Below are positions 11,430-23,955 of a stretch of DNA of 64,000 nucleotides, piece by piece. Where the stretch lies: contig NIVC01000180.1 in NCBI GenBank assembly GCA_002269645.1, positions 744,001 through 808,000 on the forward strand, written 5' to 3'. The DNA is from Macrostomum lignano. Its lineage: Eukaryota. The position numbers and the translations under genes are program-made. The notes beneath the pieces were generated by a model. That model was given only the letters and a program-made list of their open reading frames with translations, searched no databases and was not told where the DNA came from. How positions within the stretch are numbered: the first letter of the stretch is position 1; every line of letters starts with the position of its first letter.

Positions 11430-12319
11430 CGTGATGGTTGCCGATGTCCGGCTGGTATCATTGGCCTCCAACCAATCCTTATCACAAGTTGCAGCTTGGA
11501 TAAATAGACTGAGTAAAATGCCTACCCGAAATTCTCAAAATAATCTGCTGAGTCTGAGGCTACTTTAGGGGCATGTTGGTTACATATAAATCATTAAAGG
11601 CTTCAGGAGCGCCATGGTACGTGACGCTTAAACTTCTAGTGAGTTTCACCGAGAGATCAGCATCCCTCCAATTTGGAACTATTCCTGCAATTTCTGCATG
11701 GATTGCGGTTTATTAAGCTTTAATTAGCGCTTCCTTCCCTTCCCTTGCTACCAACGATTCTTTTTCGTTGTTTTGGTTTTGTTTAGAATCGAGCGAGCAC
11801 TTTACCAACGCAGGCGGTGGATTAACCGCGGACTTTAACAGCGGATTAGCCGCGGATTAACCCCCCATATAGTTGATACATTCAGGACCTAAAACTGTTT
11901 ACAGATGCTACTTCACTTTAGAAATGTATTATTATATCAATACATTATTAAATTCATGCACTATTGAGTAAGTTATATGAATACGTAAAATAGTATAGTA
12001 GATTATTTGATATAAATAATATATTTTCTAATTCACGACGTGTACCATCTTATGCGCATTGATGATAGCTTCAATACTAACTTAAAAGTAGCCAATTTTG
12101 TAACGCGCCTAAAAAGCAAAGTTCCCTCCACGTACCCTGCTAAGCAGAGCCAGCGGTAAGACTGATAGTCACCTGTGCACCAGGATGGACGAACACTGCA
12201 ATAAGGCAAACGCAATCCACGACCATCTGCAAAAGATGTGCAGCCGTTAAACCGGCTCAAAAGTTTAAAATTCTTGATCGGATTCAGTGCCACCACGAGC
12301 TGTTGGAGGCTTTGTAAGT

Positions 12320-12395
12320 GCAACCGACAGCTCAGCCCCAGCCATTGCGCGGTGCATCTGAAGGCCGCGTACGGCTGTTCAGTCCAGGGACTGGG
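12320..12395 (-). mobile_element. Fragment of the SINE-like repeat at 6250-6470
   Basis: Reverse-complement match to 6358-6435. Confidence 0.6.
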
Positions 12396-12419
12396 TGGTC
12401 GCCAATTAAAATTAACCCA

Positions 12420-14413
12420 ATTAAACCAACCAGCTAATGCTGCACCCATTTTACAGCTGGGTCAACTGAAGCAATGCAGAGCTAAGCGTCTTACTCAAGG
12501 ACAAAAATTGTTCCAGTGGACACAAACTATACCAGCCCCCAAGTCTGCTTTAGGGTGCAATCGCGGGCGTAAATACGGGGCTTATTTAAGTGCAAAGACA
12601 TAAAACCTCAAGGCCTGTATGTGCATCTTCGGCTCCAGTGCATTTGAATTTGGGCCTAGTCACAGTGCAAGCTAGTGGCTTGATTAGAATCCGTCTCTCT
12701 TCGAATCCCTCCGACCATCGATTTGATTTCGTTCGAGTTCGAGGCCTCTGAACTGAAATTGAGCCAAGCTATAGGACAAAATCCACCATGGTCATTATAT
12801 ATCATAAGATGCTTCCATACGAAATGCAGATGAATGTAGATGGCAAGAACTGGTATGCAACTGAGATAGCAATAAGATACTTCTACTATATTATCCGAAT
12901 TTATGGTAGCAGCTCTTCAGGAACTATCCAAATTAAATATTTGCCACCCAAAGGTGAACAGAAGCGAACTCTTCCGATTAAGCCCGATTGACTACCATTT
13001 GGAGTTAAGGTAGAGAATGTTGGAGCTGCAATGAAAGTTCAGTTGGATCTGTATGGAACTATTCTCCATGTTTGGGCCTTTTCGATGGGCAGCTCTGTCT
13101 GTAATAGCTTTGTCATGAATAGCGAAAGTATGAGAAACTTCGAAACAGATTCGTCCTGCAAGGGATACGTGGTCAAAATCGGCGATCGTATTGCCTTGGA
13201 TTTGATGATTGTGCCAGGATTTTACTATACACAAAATTTAGTCGATGGTTTAATATTTGGAACGCAAAGGGAGCCGATCGCAGATCATCAAAAAGTTTAT
13301 TTCACTCATTCTACGAGATGCCGAAGGTCTGCGAATTTTCCAGAATGCAGCCGACCGAAATTCTTGGCATCTGCACCTGCAACGATGCCCAAATGACCAG
13401 AAGCAATTGCTTTGTTTCCCTTGAAAATACAAGACGAGACAGACGAGAAGCTGCACAGACGGTATTGAAATCACAAATCGAACCCATACGACAGATTCAG
13501 CCGTCGGGAAATTTCACAGCAGGAGGGAGATAAGTTCTGCAACACGTTCGTGCAGCTTCAGTTGAGCAAGTCCGTTAGCACTGAGATCTGTGCTCAAGCG
13601 AAAGATCCCACCGGTCAAGCAGATTACATTAGTCATTTCAAAGTGATTTGTGCTCAGTACGCCACTGTGCTTGGAACATTCGACTCAACACAGTCCCTGT
13701 TCAACTCGATGCTGGGCATGTGCTACACTGAAATGACATACAACGCAACCGCGGTGTTGGGAAACTCCAGCAAGATTGAAGCTCTGGTCGATGATCTGTG
13801 CCCAGCAAACTGCTCAGGTAGAGGCCAATGTTTTAGCGGTGAATGCACGTGTGTCCACGGGTTCTGGGGTCCCAGCTGCGAGTTTGAGATCGCCAGACGA
13901 GACGAAATGCCCATAGAGGTCGAGCTGCTTCAGCGGAACATCTTCTGCGCCTCGGACAGATGCACGGCTGTTTACTTGAGAGTGAAACCGTTGCTGAAGT
14001 CCACTGACTCGGTGTGCGACATTCATGTGAACTCCAGCCTCAATTACTCGGCACCGTCTGCTTACGCCAGCGGAGACATTGTGAAGTGCGAGCTGCAAGA
14101 CATGCACGAAAGTCTGGTCGAAATGCTTTTACATAAAATTTCACCAACCCCCTGACTTGAACAGATCCCCTTGACAGCAACCGATTGGGAGTCGAGCAAC
14201 TCGGTGCCCCTGCTGCTGCACCAGGCACAGTGCGATGGCCGGCCTGTGACCTGCAGCAGCGAATTGCTGACCTGCCAGGCCGAGGGTCTGCAGCCAGAGA
14301 GCAACGGCGGCAACGACTGTCCGCCGACTATCAAAAAGCAAGGCTTGAGACTGCGGACTGCGAACTTCCTGGTGGTCGGCGCTGTGCTGATCGCGCTGAT
14401 CAACTACTGCTGA
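12420..14413 (+). pseudogene. Disabled VWDE-like (von Willebrand D + EGF domain) cell-surface protein gene, apparently intronless
   Basis: VWD-like segment (IIYHKMLPYEMQ), RRDRR linker, PSG-ISQQEGDKFC, tenascin-type EGF (CPANCSGRGQCFSGECTCVHGFWGPSC), hydrophobic C-terminus and AATAAA at ~14424. Broken by in-frame TGA at 12749, 12989 and 14153, a stop at 12601, and frameshifts near 13260 and 13510. Confidence 0.7.
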
Positions 14414-14958
14414 CTGATGCTGAATAAAACGGCTCCTTAAAACTGAATGCTTATTTTGCGAATTGCATAGACCTACGAATCAACTTTTTAATCCTATAAT
14501 AATATGATATAAGGTCTTAAAAATGTTTTGGAGGTTTATGCATTACGTTTTCCATATATTCAAGTTTTTTATTGCATCAAGGATGTTCAAACGCTTTGGA
14601 AGCCGGATGCTTTTCTTTTAGTATGAGCAAGCTGTGTATTCTTAGTTACGTGTGCATATCGTTATAATTTTGTATAATCAACATGGTAACAAAAGCGAAT
14701 TCACTATGATTATAATTCCGACGTTAAAAAACTACCGAAAATAAAAAAAAACTGCTGTTTAAAAATGATTTGTTCCTGCATATTTTTGTTTCGTATAAAA
14801 TAAAAAGTTATACGGCTTAAAATCTATGATTTTGAATTTCGAGCGGCTTTTGCAGCGTTAAAATAGACAGCGGAGAAAAAATTACTTACCAACTTTCATT
14901 ACTGGCTATGCAGAGGCGGCACTAAGCTTACTTACTAAGTTACTACATGTCAAATTTA

Positions 14959-15088
14959 GGCTCATTCAAACTGCCATCAAACGAGCAACCAAATCACATG
15001 ACCAATGTACAAAGAAATCAAATTTGATGTAAAAAAATTGTATGATCACACGAAATTTGGTTGTATTTGATGGCAGTATGAGCGAGCC
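14959..15088. mobile_element. 130-bp PIF/Harbinger-type MITE
   Basis: GGCTC...GAGCC termini with ~35-bp imperfect TIRs and a 3-bp TTA TSD (14956-14958, 15089-15091). Confidence 0.7.
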
Positions 15089-15726
15089 TTAAGACACAGT
15101 AAAAACCCGGATTAAACATGACTATACATGTACAGCACATATCGGCTAAAACTTGATACAGTAGCTATAATTTTTTTTGCAATGGTACATTTTCATGAGC
15201 ATGTGGGCGTTGTACTGTCTGACTTATACGATGAGCCCCTTCTGGACAAATTTTTTCACTGTTTTTTACATGTATATATACTTGTACATTGAAGTGAATA
15301 CCAGTGAAACACAAATTTGTTTATTCCGCCAATCGTTGAACTACCCCGGGGTCTGGAATTTAGATCAACTAACCAGCTTTTGTTTCGCACCTTCTCAAAC
15401 AAGAATCAAAAAGTCACCAGCCCTCTGGAGCGTTGATATATCAGTGATTCTGCTGGGTTAGATTTTTTCTTTACTGGCGCTATAGTGCATTCAAATGTAC
15501 TACTTGTGCGCCAATCAGCACTGCGCCTCAGTGCGGCCCTGGTCAACCTTCAAATTTCATCGAAACGCGTCGACCACATGTGTCTGCATCAGCTTTAACT
15601 TCGTTAAAGGCTTAACTTTCATCAGCCCTTAGGGAAACCCGATCTTCTGGCAGCATATGTAAAGAATCGTTGAATTCAGAGGGCTGGCTGGCTGGAGACG
15701 ATTCTTGTTTAAAGAAGGTGTTCTTT

Positions 15727-15767
<41 letters not shown>

Positions 15768-17460
15768 AGTTGGCTCAGGCAAGAAGCCTGTTTGGCCAAT
15801 ATATTTCTATGTATTTAAGATTGCTTCAGGAATAGGAGACAATATTTTAGCACTAGTTATTTAATTATGATTAGTACGAGTTTTGCAAAATGGTATTTGA
15901 AAGAACGCGGAAAAGTTATTAACGATACTTGGACGACTAACGAAGCGAAAGAAAAAGCAAGGAGTTAAAAAAGTATTGCAGTTAATAAAAGTAAAAACGA
16001 AAGAAAAATGAACAAAAACGAACTTCGAAGGGACTTTACGTTAAGCGAATGACGACGATTTAAATAGGTATTAGATAGGAAACTAATTAAATACTAATTA
16101 AGTGCTAATTAAGTAGGAAATTAAAAATGGGAAAGGCGGATTTATTTCACTGCTGATATGTCTGTTTCAGTTTGCATAACTGTTTTAGCTATTCATGACT
16201 TCATATATTTTAGCTACACCAGTGAGCTCTTTTCTGACTCTTTTTTCATTTGTAGCATATCCTAACTTGTGTACTTGCTTGTCATTTAGGAGGTACTGAC
16301 AGAAGTATTTTTTTCTGAACTTTTCGGTTTGTGGACATTCGGTCAAGTAGTGTAGGATATCGGAACCATTTCTCGCTCCACACAGTCTACATGGTTCATG
16401 AGAGAAAATGTTGGGTGTAATTTCGCATTTCAGTTTTAGGAGGGTTGTTAGGAATTTTTTGTTTCTAAAAGTGCATGGAAAGTAATCTGAAAGGTCAGGC
16501 CTGCAGATTTTTTTGTAGAGATAGGCGTTTTTATAGAGTTTAATATGTTGCTGATTCTCTAGCTTTTGGCTAAGTTCTCTTTCTCTGTGTATCTTGAGGT
16601 GCTTTTTCACTAGGTATTTCTCGTTATTAAAGCTTTGGGAAAGTTTATCTTCAGTTAGTGCTTTTAAGTCTATACTTTCCAGTTTCTTTAGTATATTTGT
16701 TTTCCATGGATTTTTTTGGCTGGTGTTTGAGTAGAAAATTTCTAGTGTCGTTTGGCAAAGTTTTTGATGTCTAATCTTCAGCCAGTAGGTAAGATAGGTT
16801 TTAGCAATTCGTTGGGAGATTGGAGTAAGCTCAAGTTCTGATGATATCACACTGTTGCTAGCAAATTTTGGTAGATTGAGGAGATATTTGTAGAATTTCA
16901 GCTGAATGTTATCAATAGCTTTTGTTTCAGAAATGGTAGCCAGAGGGCCCCAGAGCTCACAGCCGTACGTGATAACGGGGGTGACAAGCGCGTCGAATAG
17001 TCTGCGAATGAGTGTGATGTCCAGGGACGTATTTTTTACCTTGTGGAGTAGGGAAAACATAGCTGAATAACCCTGCTTAGTTTGATGTTCAATACATTTT
17101 TTAAAGCTGTTTTTTGGTTCAAAAATAATTCCCAGGTATTTAAATTCATTTACTTCCTCTATTTCTTGGTTGTCGTAGATTATTTTTGTAGCAAAACTTT
17201 CTGTGTCATTTTTTTGTCTGGTACTGCCCTGCATAAACTTTGTTTTGCTTGCATTAACTTTCAAGTAGTTTTGCTTGCAGTAATTTTCCATAGTTGTAAA
17301 TGTGTCTTGAAGTTCATCTTTGTTTTTAGCTAGAATGGCTTGATCGTCCGCAAAGAGCAGGATGAGTGGGAAAGCAGATCTCGTAAGAGAGCGCCTAGCG
17401 CTAGAGAGTTCAAGATATTCAACAATGTCGTCAATATATTCAGCAAAAGATTAGTGGATC
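15727..17460 (-). mobile_element. 5'-truncated non-LTR retrotransposon (RTEX-like): RT C-terminal half, CCHC finger, 3' UTR, (ACT)n tail
   Basis: PLIFAEYIDD (frameshifted), LLFADD, KYLG, LFDALVTPVITYGCELWG and CRLC...HYLTEC in ORF 16185..17291 and its upstream extension. CAGGC-loop-GCCTG hairpin at 15776-15790. (TAG)n at 15727-15766. Confidence 0.88.
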
Positions 17461-19740
17461 TTGAATTTCGCATTCCTAAGTTGCACTATTCCGGCGCAAC
17501 AACCTAGTTTGTCAGAGATTCCACCTGACAAACTGCAGGCTTTGAACAATCAGTCAATCACTGGGTGATCATTGCATTTGCATGTTCAAAACAATCAAAA
17601 GTAAGGCTACCCAGAAAGTTTTAATATAATTAGAATAATAAAGGATAATATTCTAATATAAAGAATATTATAAAATATTAGAATATTAAATATTAAAGCA
17701 AGTCTTGTTTATATGTATGACTTAAGTTTGTACTTCTTTGCTACTGATTAAAACTATACCAAAGTTTTTGTTTTATGGAGGCTGTATTTTAAAATGGAAT
17801 AAAAACTTCAAATCTGATGGCGTCTGTGCGTCATGCAGTCAATTTCATACTTGACTTGAAATTCTCTTATAAGAATGCAATTAAAGCAGTATAGAACTAT
17901 ATTTTTACAATTACAGGCCTAGTCATAACCCCATGTCTTGGCAAAAGCACTTTGAAAATCGGCCTAGACCTATGGCTATAGGGCCTAAACTTCTATTGCG
18001 AAACTTACAGACTCTGAGACTCAAAGTAAAAAATTTACTCAAAAAACAGTCAATAGGCCTAGGCCTAGGCCTACTTAATGCTTTTCTACAATAGGCCTCG
18101 GCTTTTCCGTCTACGCACCTGTGCTACGCATACTACTATGTTTTCAATTCCTAAAATGACCGACCTTGACTTTGGTTATATTTTTATATTTGGCAAAAAT
18201 TGTTCAATGATAGGTGGTACTGGTAGTAGGCTTAGTCATAGATAGCCCTAGGCCTATCCTATCTAATCTAATAGGGAGGGAATTCATTGATTGATGTTGA
18301 TAAACCAAGTTAACCAAAATATATAGGCTTAGGCCTAATGGACATTGCTAGGAATTTTTGAGCTACAATAGTTCTAGTTTGTAATGGGCATTACTAGGCC
18401 TATGCTGCCTATTTTGTTTTTTTAGTTAGGCTTAGAGTTATGCCTTATGAGTTATGGTATTTTGTTTTGAGTTTGTTTTATGATAGACCAGGCCTATTTA
18501 AAGTTTCAACCTTTTTATGCTAGAAAATTTTGGCATAGGCGTATTTACATGCTTCTCACTAAGAATCTTGGCATATTCAAGTTGAATATTGAAATCCATA
18601 GATTCATTATTCATAGGCCTAATCATAGTTGGTGTATAAAAATGACCAAGTTTAAGGTTAGTATATATAGATTATATAGCTAAAATTTAGTCAAAAAAGC
18701 TTTAAAAAATAAAAAAACTAGGCCTAAAACAAAAACTTAATAAAAATTTTACAGAAGTTGAAAAAAAAACAATTTTTTTAGAAAAATACTTAGCCTTAGT
18801 TTACTAAAGCTCTTATTCTTAAAACTAATAAATTATACTATTCTTAATATATTTTTAATATATTTTTTCTAATTTATATTGGGATAAAATTTGAAAAAAA
18901 CCCTTAAATTTTTGTTCTAATATATATTTACCATGATCTAGACTATGATCTGAGTCATCTCATAGCCTAAAAGGCTAGGATAATTTCTTGTGGATCTTAC
19001 TATAAAGGTTTTAGCTATTTATTTTTAGTTTTGAGATAGAGGTGAAGAAAGAAAATAAAAATTTTGGTTGGGTTTATGTTTTTTTTTTGAAAACCAGTTG
19101 GTGTTGCATTCCTACAAATAAATCTGGAAAATCACACAGATGAATCATAATGAAATTCTTTCTCCTGTTTTACTCTAACTATCAGGGTCCTCCAATTTTG
19201 GGAGGAAGGTAGTTGTTATTGTAGCTGAGTGGTCATGTAATGGCGCAGTTATTCAAAGGGTAGACACCAGAAAATTCCAACACCATAAATTAATGCGTCA
19301 ATTTTTCAAACTTGTTACTTTTAGTAGGGTAGAGCTGCCACCACCATAATTTATATATTATAAACGAATAAGTCTCAGAGCTTTCTTTGAGATAGGAACT
19401 TTGATTGTTTTTTGCCCTATGGGCAAAGGACTCAAGATAGGCTATGGATTGATTATTAATGACAAACCATTGTTGGGTATAGTAGTTATTATTATTATTA
19501 ATATTAACAAAAATTAATGCCACAGGCTAACATCATTGATGTTATTAATTGATTGACAGAGACAGATTTGTGGGTGCTGGAGGCATGAGGCTAATAAAAG
19601 TAAAAGAGTCTGTCAACTTAAACTCATTAAGTAAAGCCCAAATAATTTATATATACAAATGATACATCATTCTGCTTATAGTGATACTAAGAAGCTAGGT
19701 TTGGCAAGTGACTTTACTTTATAAGCTTAAGTTGATATAA

Positions 19741-20977
19741 AGTAGAATTAAAAAGGTGAGTGCTATTATTTTTTATGCAACATGGTTCGCCTTGTGTCAA
19801 GCATTGTCAGGCTCTTAAAATTAGTAACAATTTATTTGTTCATTAATATATTTTAACAATTAAGACTAAGAACAGGTCAATAAAAGTCAGAAATTTATAT
19901 AAATTAACAGTAAATTGTATAGTCCAACCAAAGTTTTGTGTGTCCACCAAAGTTTATTGTAAACCCACCTACACTGGTCTTTTGCTAAACTTCAATGCTC
20001 TTTGCTTAACCCAATGGACAGTGGGCCTGCTGCGTGGTATGCTCCACCAGGCTTTCAAAATCTGTAGCACGTGGACTAGTTTCCACAAAGAAATTTGCTT
20101 GATTAGCACCTATTTTTTCCAAAAACAACTACCTGAAACAGTTCCTTGATTACCACATTAGGAAATTCATTGATGGTAAAGTTGCAAATCCTAACAATAG
20201 ACAGAATAAGGAAGAACAGAAAGATCTGAGGATTGATTGCACCCATATCTCCATTCCTTTCTATGGGCCTGCTTCTGTTCATTTTAAAAAGAACCTCATC
20301 AGAGCATTTAATAAGTATTTAAATGTGAAGCTCATGGTCACTTTATGTTGCAAGAAAATTGTTTGTTTTGTTAAGAATTTGAAATGCCACATTCCCAGCT
20401 CCTTATGGGCAGGCGTCGTTTACCAATTTCAATGCTCTGGCAACCAGAGTATCACCTACATAGGTGAAACTACCCGACACCTGTATGTGAGAAGTAGAGA
20501 ACATAGGCAAAAGATGTCAGCCATGCACGACCACCTAATGATATGCGAAGAATGCTGTGACAGCCAAATAGATAAAAACTTTTCCACTATCCATACATGC
20601 TCAAATGAATACAGACTAAAAGTGCTTTAAGCCCTGTATATAAAATCGCGTAAACCAATCCTAAATAAGCAACTTGCCAATCACGGTGCCAGTGCCCTCC
20701 TTAGAGTATTCTAATTGTACACTTGTGCTCATCTTACTCTCTCTCTCTCTCTCTTTCTCCCTCTCTCCCCTCATTGCAACTCTGTGAGCACTCCATCGGA
20801 CTGTACAATCTACTGTTAATTTATATACATTTCTGACTTTTATTGACCCATTCTTAGTCTTAATTGTTAAATATAAATGAACAAATAAATCGTTACTAAT
20901 TTTAAGAGCCTGACAATGCCTGACACGAGGCGAAACATGTTGCATAAGAAATGATAGCGCTCACCTTCTTAATTCTA
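19741..20977 (+). mobile_element. Penelope-like element (5'-truncated, GIY-YIG endonuclease) with an inverted pseudo-LTR
   Basis: KVYCKPTYTGLLLNF (RT C-terminus), GVVYQFQC...TYIGETTRHLYVRSREH (GIY-YIG) and ALYIKSRKPILNKQL, with frameshifts and a stop. ~183-bp inverted repeats at 19743-19925 and 20798-20977. Flanking direct repeat AAGTTGATATAA. Confidence 0.9.
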
Positions 20978-21474
20978 AGTTGATATAATATTCCTAATTA
21001 TTCCCTTTGCTTGTTCTTCCTTAAATGTTGAGAAAAATTATTCTATTATATATGAAATAGCTTATTGACTTATAAATTATATTATAAATAAAAATAGCCA
21101 AACTTCTTTTTTCTTTTATTTATTTATTATGATAATAATGATAAATATTCACAACCTTTAAAATATATTATTGAGTTTTGAATTGATTAAAAAATGTAAC
21201 TTAGCTTTAAAATTACCCAAAACAAAGTCAAAATGCTTAATTGGGCTTCAAAATTTGTCAAAAGCATCAATTTGCAACTTATCTTATTCTACCCTAATTT
21301 ATGCTAGGTCAGCTAGTTGTTGCACATGTTTGATTGATGATTGTATTGTAAAGTACAATTTCTATCGATGCTTATCTTAATTTATATACAAGATTTTTTT
21401 TGTTTATCTTAAAAATCATATAAAATTTGTTTCAAACTAAAAAAACCAATAATTATATATTAAGTATATAAAAT

Positions 21475-22110
21475 TAGGGGTCACAATCCCAGGATCCCAG
21501 GATTTAGGGCTTTTTCTGGGATCCCAGGATTCACAGGGTTGAGATTCAATCCCAGAAAGTTTATGCTATGTTTTTATTATGTCTGATATAAATCTTGCAA
21601 TTAGCAAGATAATTAGGTAAAATATGGAACATACATGCATCCATGTCCACTTTCTGCTGCCCACTTTGTAAAATCTTTAATGTTTGAGTTGACTTTAAAT
21701 TTTGAACACAGTGCATGTTGTGACAACCTTGACAAAGTGAATGCCCACTGCCTAGACAATAGTAGGTTGTGATTGTGAATGTAATATATATATATTTATA
21801 CTGCTTTGCACAGTGATACATGTACATTACATAATCTAATATATGTTATACATAATATATATGCATATTACAATATTGATATTACAAGTAGTATTGTAGT
21901 AATATATTACTATAATATTTAATAAACTACAAGTATAATAACATCATTGTTATAATGCTAATTATTATATAACCAGCCTAGCATTACCCTTTTAGCTCCT
22001 ATCATAACTGTAAGCATTATAAAAATGTCAGTTGCAGCATTTTTATGACATTTTAACAATGTTATGACAAGGATCCCAGGATTGACAGAATCAAGATTTT
22101 GTGACCCCTA
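21475..22110. mobile_element. hAT-like non-autonomous element
   Basis: TIR TAGGGGTCACAA...TTGTGACCCCTA; subterminal GGATCCCAGGAT motifs; near-matching 8-bp flanks (TATAAAAT / ATAAAAAT). Confidence 0.65.
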
Positions 22111-23384
22111 ATAAAAATTCACTTTAACCATAATACATACAATGATTTTTCAAACTATAAATTGTCATTTTTTTGTTTTGTTGGTAAAATAGGGTGATAA
22201 TAAATCAAAAGAGATATCAATTTCAAAACAGAATCCTTTATAGAAATTCCATAGAATTCATTTATAGTTTTCAAGTATACTTTGATAAACTTGAACAATA
22301 ATAATTATATTTGATAGTCTATTTTTTTAAACATGTTAAGCTGAAAACATTTTTTGTTTGCTGCTCAGTAGTGCAACAAGAAATTTGTTGAGGGGGTGGA
22401 TTCTAGAAGGTAAAGGCCTGGGGGGAGGCAGAACCTTTGTGCCACTGCTGCTGCAGTCTACCTTTTAATTTAAAGGCTCTTAAAGTGTTGACAAATCTCG
22501 CAGTTTTTAAGACAAGATTTATATTATTGGCCAATATTGATTGAAACTTGTTAGAAGCTTCAGAAATATAAAGTTTGTATATAGAACCTTCAGTTCTGCA
22601 AAAGGGCAAAAGTCAGAGTTGTTTTGCAGGCTAATTTATCCCATTGAAAACGATACCATGACAAGAGTCGCTAAATAGTCATTGCAAACAATTCTCTAAT
22701 GACTCTTAATGCATCTGGGGCGACTCTTGTGACTTTTTGACAACTCAAACGCGTCAAATGCGACAGAGAGGCGACTGTTGCATTACAAGCGCGTCACGTG
22801 TGTTGTAGAGTTGTAAAAGAGTCGCGAAGAAGTCGTCCAAGAATTGTTGTGCTGGCGCTTAACTTTCTACTAACTCAGTAGGCTAGTTAGAGTGCAATTA
22901 GAGTCGTTCAGAATCACTTCTTTTCTATTTGACCTATGTCATCTAGGTTCCCCCAGGATGACATAGGTCAAATAGAAAAGAAGTGATTCTGAACGACTCC
23001 AAACCGACAAGATGTCACAATACAAATCACCAAAAAGTCGCAGAAGCTCTTCAGCCTCGCTGTAGAATCTGTAGTGCATCACTTCTGAGTCGATGAGCAT
23101 GTATTTTCTATTCGCCCAGAAATGAGGATCCAGCAGTCTGTTTAAGGACGGTAGTACCGACTCTGTAACGCTTCTAGAACGCCTCAGAAGTGACGCACTA
23201 ACGATTCTACAGTGACGCTAAAACGCTTCTTCTGCGACTTTTGCGACTGCAGAACGCCGCTGAAACGCCGGAACTGTGACTCTGATTCATCAAGCGACTC
23301 AAATACGCTTCAAACACAACTCAGCGACTCTAATGCGACTCTGAAGTGCCTCAAATGCGACTCTGGAATCGATGGAATTGATAG

Positions 23385-23838
23385 AGCGTCGCCCCAGAGT
23401 CACTAGAATGGCGCCACAATCACTTGCGTCGGCAGCGTCGCCCCAGAGTCACTAGAATGGCGCCACAATCACTTGCGTCGGCAGCGTCGCCCCAGAGTCA
23501 CTAGAATGGCGCCACAATCACTTGCGTCGGCAGCGTCGCCCCAGAGTCACTAGAATGGCGCCACAATCACTTGCGTCGGCAGCGTCGCCCCAGAGTCACT
23601 AGAATGGCGCCACAATCACTTGCGTCGGCAGCGTCGCCCCAGAGTCACTAGAATGGCGCCACAATCACTTGCGTCGGCAGCGTCGCCCCAGAGTCACTAG
23701 AATGGCGCCACAATCACTTGCGTCGGCAGCGTCGCCCCAGAGTCACTAGAATGGCGCCACAATCACTTGCGTCGGCAGCGTCGCCCCAGAGTCACTAGAA
23801 TGGCGCCACAATCACTTGCGTCGGTAGCGTCGCCCCAG
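23385..23838. repeat. 49-bp minisatellite, ~9 near-identical copies
   Basis: Unit AGCGTCGCCCCAGAGTCACTAGAATGGCGCCACAATCACTTGCGTCGGC. Confidence 0.95.
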
Positions 23839-23955
23839 AATCGTTTCAGAGTCGCAGACAATAAAACGCTTCAAGTTGATTCTGGGCGACTCTTTGGCGA
23901 TTTTTGGCGACTTGTACATCTCGTCGTTTAGAGTCACTTATTTTCTATTTGACCA

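Noticed and set aside
12749-14155. Selenocysteine or programmed UGA read-through in the VWDE-like gene
   Set aside because: TGA-CT contexts are suggestive, but independent frameshifts and a TAA also break the frame. No SECIS is evident and the final stop is also TGA. Decay is the simpler explanation.
15540-15576. Hammerhead-like GAAACGCGTC enclosed by a TGGTC/GACCA stem
   Set aside because: The CUGANGA core and stem II are missing.
23385-23838. CRISPR-like regular repeats
   Set aside because: Units are contiguous and identical with no unique spacers, there are no cas genes, and the context is eukaryotic. The same holds for the other arrays.
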